The notes under the pieces are model-generated. The model was not told the DNA's origin, made no database searches, and was given only the letters and a program-made list of their open reading frames with translations. This document shows positions 54,215 through 64,000 of a stretch of DNA of 64,000 nucleotides, piece by piece. Position 1 is the stretch's first letter. Each line of letters opens with the position of its first letter. Origin of the DNA: Octopus vulgaris (lineage: Eukaryota); NCBI GenBank assembly GCA_951406725.2, contig OX597839.1:35464001-35528000 (forward strand), given 5' to 3'. A program made the translations under genes and the position numbers.

Positions 54215-54416
54215 GACACATATATATACATGTACATACACATGTGTATATATATATATATATATACACACATACATATACGCATGTGTGTCTACCTAAC
54301 GCCAACCACTCCGTGAGTGTAGTGGGTGCTTTTTACGTGCCACCCGCACAGGTGCCAGACAGAGCTGGCAACGGCCACAATCGGATGGTGCTTTTTACGT
54401 GCCACCGGGGCTGGCA

Positions 54417-54449
<33 letters not shown>

Positions 54450-55281
54450 CATATATATACATACACATGTGTGTGTGTGTGTGTATAAATATATATACAC
54501 ACACACACATATATATATATGCACATATATATATACATGTACATACACATGTATATATATATATGCACAAACATACATATATGCATGTGTGTATAGCCTC
54601 GTCTGGCACCTGTGTCGGTGGCACATAAAATCACCCACTACACTCTTGGAGTGGTTGGCGTTAGGAAGGGCATCCAGCTGTAGAAACACTGCCAGATCTG
54701 ACTGGAGCCTGGTGCAGCCTTCAGGCTCCCCAGACCCCAGTTGAACCGTCCAACCCATGCTAGCATGGAAAGCGGACGTTAAATGATGATGATGATGATG
54801 ATAGATAGATAGATAGATATACATATACATAGATGAATGTATTTTTGCCTTGTTAACAATTAACACAGAAAAAAAAAAAATAGTTACCAGGGTAGCAAAA
54901 AATAACACAAGCAAAGAGGTTGTAACTCCTTGTTAATAAAGGTAGAAACTTCATGTTTATGTGGAATTTTTATACCATTGTTTTATACCATTTATTCTTT
55001 TGAATAATATCAGTGGAATCTTTGACACATGTTTCGAAGTAGTAACAGAAAGGAGAAATTTTGATTATCCCCACGTGGTGAGTTGTAATATATATAAGAA
55101 ATTAAAAAAGGAAAATACACACACTTTACATAGTTCTTATATAAGTTTTAATATATCGACCGGTTTCGCTTTCGTTATTCATGATATTATGGTTTACTTA
55201 TTTGAATATGTATTTTCTTAAAAAGAAATTTTGATTCCAATTTTTTCATCCAAGTTTTTCACCCTCATTTTGATTTTGGTT

Positions 55282-55312
<31 letters not shown>

Positions 55313-55317
55313 ATGTG

Positions 55318-55353
<36 letters not shown>

Positions 55354-55644
55354 TATTTGTATATGAAAACCCCACTAGAATGGGAGAAAGCGCTAAACTA
55401 AGTGATGATGATATGTATATAAAAAATGTAATATACAAATAAACATCTGTAAATATAAACCATCCGATGTGTGAGTACCTCATTTCTTCTATATATGTAT
55501 ATGTATATATACATATGTATATATATATATATGTATGTATGTATATGTGTGTGTATATATATATATACGTATATATATATATATATGTATATATATATAC
55601 ACATATGTATATACATATATATATATGTATACATAGATATATAC

Positions 55645-55747
<103 letters not shown>

Positions 55748-57225
55748 CAGGGTGTTGTGTGTGCCTGTGTGTAACTCAGCTATTTCACTTCCTTTGAAGT
55801 ATTTGGCAAGACGAGCTACTCTCTTTTCAATCAATATCATTCCAACTTCCCCTCCCTCGTTCCTCCTCCCCTCCCTCTATGTCTATCTTATATTCTTCTA
55901 CATTTCTTTCTTTCAAAACCTCAGAGCACAGATGTTCAACTAACCCAGATTCGGTGGCTTGTATGCTGTTACCACCACCGCATTGGGACCAAAACCAACA
56001 CCCTTAAAACTCTTAATCGTCTATGTTCACGTACCTCCAAGTACCTCACATGCAGGTTAGCTGCAGCTTAATGGTCACTGGACTGCAGTTGTGACCCTGT
56101 TTGGTCATGAAAGACCATGGGATTGCACCTAGAAAGTTACCCTCCAAGGTACAGTCTGGGCAAGATTGTTTAGGGAAGGCCAGCAGTCACCCATGCATAC
56201 CATCCGCCCCTCTCCACACCACTAACGTTATCCAAGAGAAAGGCAAAGGGGCCGATACAGCTTGGCACCAGTGACGTCGCAGCTCATTTATTAACGTGCA
56301 AGTGGCTGAGCACTCCACAGACATGTGTACCTTTAAGGTAGTTCTCGGGGAGATTCAGCATGACACAGAGTGTGACACAGCCAGCCCTTTGAAATACAGG
56401 TACAACAGAAATAGAAAGAAAGAGTGAGAGAAAGTTGTGGTGAAAGAGTACAGTAAGGTTCACCAATAGCCCCTGCTGGAGCCTCATGGAGCTTTAGGTG
56501 TTCTCGTTGAATAAACACTCACAATGCCCCGTCTGGGAATCAAAACTGCAATCCTACGACCCCGAGTCCACTGCCCTAACGACTGGGCCATTACACCTCC
56601 ACTACATTCTGAGTTCAAATTTCACCAAGGTCAACTTTGCCTTTCATCCTTTCAGGGTCAATAAATTAAGTACCAGTGAAGTACTAGGGGGTCGATGTAA
56701 TCAGCTAGTCCCCTTTCCCCAAATTTCAGGCCTTTGTGCCTTTGGTAGAAAGGATTATTATTATTATTATTGGAAAGGCAGTGAGCTAGCAGAAATCTTT
56801 AGCACGCTGGGTGAAATGTTTAGAAGGATTTCGTCCATCTTTATATTCCAAGTTCAAATTCCACCGAGGTGGACTTTGCCTTTCATTCTTTCGCTGCCGA
56901 TTAAAAATAAGTACCAGTGAAATACTGAGGTCCATGCATTCGACTAGTCCCCTCCCCACAAGTGTGAGGCCTTGTGCCTCCAGTAGAAAGGATTATTATT
57001 ATTATTATTATTAAAAGGTAAGTAAAGGCAATGAGCTGACAGAATCGTTAGTACACCAAGTAAAATGCTCATTGGTATTCTGAGTTCAAATTCTGCCAAG
57101 GTCAACTGTGTCTTTTATCTTTTCAGAGTATATAAAATAAGTACCAGTTGTGCACTGGGGTCAATGTAATCGACTTAGCCCCCACCTCGAAATAACTGGC
57201 CTTGTGCTAAAATATTTTACTATTA

Positions 57226-57265
<40 letters not shown>

Positions 57266-59614
57266 GCTGTGATTGAGAAGACCCGGCAAGTCGAGTGAGA
57301 TCATAATAGTGTCAAATTCCAGTGTCACGTAACCTTTGCATTTAGAAGTACCCTTCAGTCGTTGGGCAATATGTTGTGCTTAAAAAGAGCTGTTGAGTTA
57401 AGCAAAATCGTAGTCACGGCTGATGCCAGTGCTGCCTGAATGGCACCTGTGCCGGTGGCATGTAAAAAGCACCATTTGAGCATAGTCAATGCCAGTGCAG
57501 CCTGACTAGCTCCCATGCCGGTGACATGTAAAAAGCACCATTTGAGCATGGTCGATGCCAGTGCTGTGTGACTGGCCTTCGTGCCAGTGGGACATAAAAA
57601 ACACCCATTACACTCTTGGAGTGGTTGGCATTAGGAAGGGGGCATCCAGCTGTAGAAACCTTGCCAGATCAGATTAGAGCCTGGTACAGCCTTCTGGCTC
57701 GCCAGCCCTCAGTCAAACCATCCAACCCATGCCAGCATGGAAAGCAGACGTTAAACGATGATGATGATGATGATTATTATTAAGGTGGCAAGCTGGCCAT
57801 ATTGTTAGCACATTGGACAAAAAAACACTTTCTGGCATTTCAACTGACCTTACTTTCTGGGTTCAAATTCCACTGAGGTCAACTTTACCTTTTAGCCTTT
57901 CAGGGTCGATAAATTAAGTAGTGGTTGAGTAAAGGGATAGGTGGGGGTCAAAGCAATCGACTTCCCCCAAATTGCTGGCCTTGCGCCAAAACTTTAAAGC
58001 AATATATATTTTCTGACTTTTAATCATTCCATTAAGAAGAAGAAGAAGAAGAAGAACCATAATTTTCTTATTTCACACCAAACCCCTTACTTCATCAAAT
58101 TTTCTTCAAACACCCCCCTCCACCACACACCCCAACCCGCGCCTTCCTCATTTATCTACCTCGGGCTTATTGCTCTTCGATATTAACACTACACCCCTCC
58201 CTCACCCCCACCTTCACCCCACCTGAGCCCATAATCGCACTCTACCCCCCTGCTACCCCTCCTTCGCTCCATTCCAGCCTCCCCCCCCCCCCCGACATTC
58301 TCTCCCTGCCACCTCCACTACTCAACCCCACCACCCCAAGCCAGCAATCAGAGCTCCAACCCCCACCACCACCACAATCCGCACCTTCCTCCCCCCAACC
58401 CGCCGCCTTACCCACACTATTCACCCCCACCCCCACCCATTCCCCCTCCGGCTGTCAACAACTGCACATCTTCAGAGAAACAAGATAAGAGGTAGCTACA
58501 GCTGTGCTAGCATCCTCCACCACCACCATCAAAGCATGTGTTAGCTGTATGATAGTGTCATGATGATGATGATGACGATGATGGTGATCATCATCATCAT
58601 CATCATCATCATCACAGACATGGGAATATTAAGTTACTGGTTCGTTAACAGGGGTTTCCTTTCGCTGCTGGCATTGATGTAGTGAAGAACACGTATCGAA
58701 TGGGGTTTCACAGCCAAGGGCATTGGCTGTGTGCGTTTAAGGAGCCCGCTTTGCAACCGTGCCATCTCAGGTTCAATCCCACTGGACGGCAACTGGAGAA
58801 AGTGTCTTCTGCTGTAGCCCTGGGGGTCGACCAATGCCATGTGGGGTGAATCTGGTTGACAGAAGCTGTGTAGAAACTAGCCAAGTTGTGCATGTGTGTA
58901 CATGTATACACACACACATATATATACACAAATATATACACTCATATACACACACACACACACACAGAGTTTGTCCACTCCACAACTTGACAACTGTCCC
59001 CATAACTTAGTGATTTGGCAAGAGAGACTGATAAGTAAAGGGGTCGATGTGTATGTGTGTGTGTGTGCTTGTGCATGTATGTATGTGTGCATGTGTACAT
59101 GTATGCATGTGTGTATGTATGTATTTGTGTATGCATGTGTGTATGTATGTGTGTATGTGTGTTTGTGTGTGTGTATGTGTTTATGTATGTGTGTATGTGT
59201 GTATGTGTGTATGTGTGTATGTATGTATGTGTGTATTTATGTATGTATGTGTGTATGTATGTATGTATGTGTGTATGTGTGTGTATGTATGTATGTATGT
59301 ATGTGTGTATGTGTGTGTATGTATGTGTGTATGTGTATGTATGTATGTATGTATGTATGTATGTATGTGTGTATGTGTGTGTATGTATGTATGTATGTAT
59401 GTGTGTATGTATGTGTGTATGTATGTGTATGTATGTATGTGTGTGTATGTATGTGTGTATGTATGTGTGTGTATGTATGTATGTATGTATGTGTGTATGT
59501 ATGTATGTATGTATGTATGTATGTATGTGTGTATTTATGTATGTATGTGTGTATGTATGTATGTGTGTATGTATGTATGAGTGTATATACATATGCATAT
59601 ATACAAGAATTGTA

Positions 59615-61850
59615 CCAAAAGTTATGTAGAAGTGAGCAGATCTTTTTTATCAACTGACATGGGTCATTCGAATTTCATGTGTTGGTAGAGTGACTGATGC
59701 CCTAAGGTCCTACTTAATAAAATCTCCATCATAAGGGACGCATTTGGCACCATCACTGAACCCAACTCTTGAATCCCCTTTGAAAAAAAAAAAAAATTCA
59801 AGTGTGCACATTTGTAACCCCATCATTCTTCCCATCCCCTTTCACTTCATCCGTGGAAGTGAGAAGGTGCTAGATCTGGGGTCTACAGTGAGAGGCAAAC
59901 CACTAACCAACCTGGCATGGGTTGGATGGTTTGACAGGAGCTGCCCAGGCCCCATTCGTCTGTTTTGGTATGGTTTCTCAGACCAGATGTCTTTCCTAAC
60001 GCCAACCACTTTGCAATGTGTATTCAGTGCTTCTTACACGGCGCCAGCACAAGTGCTTTTAACACGACCCTGGCACGAGTGCCTCTTATGTCATACTGAC
60101 ATGAGTGCACCCTATGCGGCACCAGCACAGGTAATTTTCTATGTAGCACTGGCATGTGGTACCAACATGTGTGCTTTTTATGTGACACCAAAAACAAGTG
60201 CTTCATGATACCCCATTCTTAAAATCCACTTCAAGTTCATCTGTGGAAGTCAGATGGTGGTAGAGCTGGCAGAAACGTTAGCACGCCGGGCGAAATGCTT
60301 AACGGTATTTCGCTTGTCGTTACGTTGTGAGTTCAAATTCCGTCGATAAATTAAGTACCAGTTATGCACTTAATACCTATGTCTGTCCTTGTTTGTCCCC
60401 TCTATGTTTAGCCCCTTGTGGGTAATAAAGAAATAGGTAGATCTGGGCTCTACAGTGGATGGGAGATCCCTAACCAACCCAGTTTACCAATTGCCTGATT
60501 TCTTGATAAAGATACATGTACTCATGCATTGTCATGGAGAATGGAAATTGTTTTTATACTCAAGGAGGACATTCTTATGACTTCCAGGAATAGTCAGTAT
60601 GACTTTCTACACTAATCACTGGCTCTTGAACTTCTTAGGTTTTGGAGAAGTGGTGTGTTGCCAGTGTTGCCAGTTCATATACTGGGCTTTTGTTTCTGGA
60701 TCACAAAGATAGACCCACGTTCCATCCCTTGCCATCAGATAAGAAAAAAAAAAGAAGCATGTTTCCATTGGTTTCAAACACTTGCCACAGATCAGAGCAG
60801 ACTTCCATAGTTCTCTCTTTCAAATCAAGTATTTAACCACTGAGTTACCTGATCTGCACATGTTTTGCGATACCTACAATCTTCCACCATCTTCTGTAAC
60901 GCATAGCGACCACAATCAAGTTTTGCAGCAGACACATGGTCTGTGACACATCCATCTTTGAAAATTTCATCCCCACCATAGTACAGTTAGTGGAGAGGGG
61001 TTCAGAGAGGGTCAAAGAAGGATGGGGTTTGCCCCAAGCAATGCTTTTATGGGAACAGTACTTTTAGGTCTGTTGTATAAGCCTGAATAGGCTGGGAGGC
61101 TCAGAAAGGAAGAGGAGCAGGAGGAACCAGCAAACCCACTGGCTGCCCCAGAAAGCACACACTCTAGCTACACCGTCCAAGAATTTGGACTTGGAGATCT
61201 CCATTTCCAGCGACTTCGAGGGCCACCACCCAGTGGTGTCAGACGTCAACGAAGAGCCCTCGACAACAACAAGACGACCAAAGTTTTCTTTTTTTTCCAA
61301 GCTCTGGGGTCTCCCGCCCCTAAGCCCTAGACCATCACCTAATCACCCTTATCCGTCTTGTTGCTTAACAACAACAACAACAACACTCTAGGTCCTACTT
61401 AACATAGTCTCCATCATAAGGGACACATTTAGCACCATCACTGAACCCAACTCTTGAATCCCCTTTGAAAGAAAAAAAAATTCAAGTGTGCACATTTGTA
61501 ACCCCATCATTCTTCCCATCCCCTTTCACTTCATCCGTGGAAGCCAGGAGGTGCTAGATCTGGGCTCTACAGTGAGTGGCAAACCACTAACCAGCCTGTA
61601 TTTATATCACAGCAATTCATGCCAGTGAATTCTCAATTCAAGCCACAGTTGATTGTCTCCAACTGTACGCCTTGCCCTCAATACTGGTTTCCATTTCTGT
61701 CAAATTCTTCGCACAACCATGCACACTGCTCCTATCAATGGTATCCTTTCACTAAACAACCAACAGGGTTGTTCTCTAAATGTTGGACAGCTTGCACCCC
61801 TCGTTTAGTCAAGAACTCAATGATGGCATGATGCTTCTGTTCGGAATCTT
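59615..61850 (-). mobile_element. Decayed, rearranged mariner remnants
   Basis: The segment homologous to the YSPDLAPSDFH motif occurs three times (~59850, ~60240/60440, ~61540). N-terminal KHHAIIEFLTKRG at ~61800. Confidence 0.55.
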
Positions 61851-62011
61851 TTATTTTCCTGCTTTGAAGAAGAACAGGTGGAAAGTTTACAACAGGGAAA
61901 GAGATACTTGGCCAAACATGTGCAATTTGAACAACCCATGTTATAGAATACAAAAGTATAGGAAGCTAATTCAACAGAACACCATGGTTACTCCAATACT
62001 TCAAATATATA

Positions 62012-62246
62012 CAGGGTGGTCAAAAAGTCACTCCGCAGTAAATATTTTATTGCAAAATAAATATTTATGAGATGGTATAAAACTACAAAAGAATATATCA
62101 GACTTTACAAGACTTTAAAAAACTTTATAAGAGCTGTTGAAAGTGTTGTCCTTTGTTTTCAATACATAAGTTGACTCTTCTACACATGTCTTGAAATACA
62201 TCTTGGAGAAAAATATTCACTGCTGAGAGACTTTTTGAACACCCTG
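62012..62246. mobile_element. Tc1/mariner-type MITE
   Basis: 18-bp TIRs cagggtggtcaaaaagtc / gactttttgaacaccctg, flanked by TA. Confidence 0.75.
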
Positions 62247-62411
62247 TATTTTATATATATATATTTATATATATCAACCAAAACTGTATGACGAGTGGGA
62301 AAGTAAAACTCTGAGTAACATGCTTGCACCTATAATTAACACATAAGAATAGAGAGAGAGATTTGACCTTGTGCTATGTTTTGGGACACTGTATACCTTG
62401 TTTCCATGCAG

Positions 62412-62731
62412 GTTTTTTACTCTAAGATTCCTTACAGCTGAACCTTTATTCTAAGATTCCCCACTGGCAAACCTTTATTCTAAGATTCCCCACTGGCAAA
62501 CCTTTATTCTAAGATTCCCCACTGGCAAACCTTTATTCTAAGATTCTTCACAGCTGAACCTTTATTCTAAGATTCCTGACTGCTGAACCTTTATTCTAAG
62601 ATTCCTGACTGCTGAACCTTTATTCTAAGATTCCCCACTGGCGAACTATTATTCTAAGATCCTTCACTGCTGAGCCTTTTTTCTAAGATCCCTAACTGGC
62701 AAGCCTTTCTTCTTAAGGTTCCTCACTTCTG
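62412..62731. repeat. 29-bp minisatellite, ~11 units
   Basis: Consensus aacctttattctaagattc plus 10 variable nt (cccactggca / ctgactgctg / ttcacagctg). Confidence 0.9.
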
Positions 62732-64000
62732 AACTCTGAGTGTCCAGCTCTGTGAGCAGGGTCTGTAGCTGACATGAGTGTTCTGTAACGACTGCAATGT
62801 CTCGTTTGCAAATCAGAGATGTGTTTGGGGCTCACCGTTCGTGTTGATGCTGCCTTTCCCATCACGGTGTCTGATAACCACTTCAAGATACGCAAAGAAG
62901 GATAATTGAAGTACAGAGGAAAAGAGAAGGGGGCAGGAGACAGAAGCAGAAGTGATTGAGAACGGGACAAGAAAAGGCCCCTTCAAAACATGCTGCAATG
63001 ATGCAATCTGATAGAAGCTATCAGTCTATGAAATTGGAGAAGAGTGGAGTCCATATGTGGGATGTTTTGATAAGAGATATACATGCCAGGTTTCTGTTAT
63101 CCTTCACCTTCTCTTCGCTCCAGTCAGTGGACTATGGCCATGCTGGGGCACTGCTTTGAAGAGTTTTGTTTTGAAGAAATCAACCCAAGTACTTATTCTT
63201 GTCTCTCTTTTCTGGAACAGCTAACTTACAGGGATGTAAATGAACCAACACCGATTGTGAAGCAGTGATGGGGACAAACAAGACACAAAGACACACACAA
63301 ACACATAGACACATAGTATGGGCTTCTATAGTTTCCATCTATCAAATTCACTCACAAGGCATTGGTCAGCCCAAGGGTGGAGCAAAAGACACCCAGGGTA
63401 CTACCATGCAGGGAAATTGAACCTGAAATAAAAGTTTCCCAGCCACAGAGCCATGTCCTGTGTCTATGCTAAAAGGGTTTACAGGCATCCATTGGGCAAT
63501 GAACACTGCTTTAAAAAAATAATAATGAAATTATTGTATACAGTGCTCAGGTGCACCACAACTTGTCAGAAAGTGCATATAAAGCATATGCAGTAATGTA
63601 CAAATGTCTGGGAAGTGAACAGTGTATGGAGTCAGATAGATGCTTGCGTGTGTATGGAGGGGAAGAGAAAATCAGGTGTAGTGTTGGCGAATCCCAGGAA
63701 GCATGGAAGTTTTGAAGGATGCAGTGCTCCGACAATTAACAACTGATGCCTGTAGTTTGTTCCATGCTTCAGCAACTCTTAGCGGGAAAAAAAATGTTTC
63801 CAAAAGTCATGGAAGTAGCTGTGCTGTTTTCTGACTTTGTAAACATGCCCACGGGTGGTAGACAGGTGGCGTTTGAAAAAGTGCTCAGAGTGCACCTCTG
63901 AGCTTTGTGAAAAAGAAGCTTTGTGAAAAGGTGCTTTCACAAAGGTTCTCCAAAGCGAGAGCCCACTGGTGGGTGAGTGGCATGACAGGGTAAGGTCTCT

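Noticed and set aside
62412-62731. CRISPR-like repeat/spacer array
   Set aside because: The variable parts are only 10 nt, repeated and mutually related. There are no cas genes and the context is eukaryotic.

Overview
AT-rich, repeat-dense eukaryotic DNA. The SINE, LINE and microsatellite content points to a coleoid cephalopod, most likely Octopus (an inference from repeat families, not a database match). Most ORF-track entries are translations of (TA)n, (CA)n, (GA)n and (TAA)n tracts or of SINEs. One multi-exon gene is well supported: a minus-strand ARF/ARL-family small GTPase with four phase-consistent GT-AG exons (24613-24690, 20381-20454, 19895-20132, 16603-16949). Its G3 motif is WDIGSR instead of WDVGGQ, and it has a ~90-aa C-terminal extension. 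Its first coding exon is uncertain, and two RFX X-boxes lie upstream at ~31.2 kb. A possible orphan transmembrane exon sits at 5864-5958. The rest is tRNA-derived SINEs, RTE, CR1 and R4-Dong LINE fragments, mariner, piggyBac-like and Helitron non-autonomous elements, and foldback elements in (TA)n tracts. Several of these elements carry Penelope-type minimal hammerhead ribozyme motifs with covarying stems. One is a tRNA-headed, hammerhead-bearing SINE arranged as a head-to-head inverted dimer (7901-8359). Repeat boundaries are approximate. Exon boundaries were read base by base.
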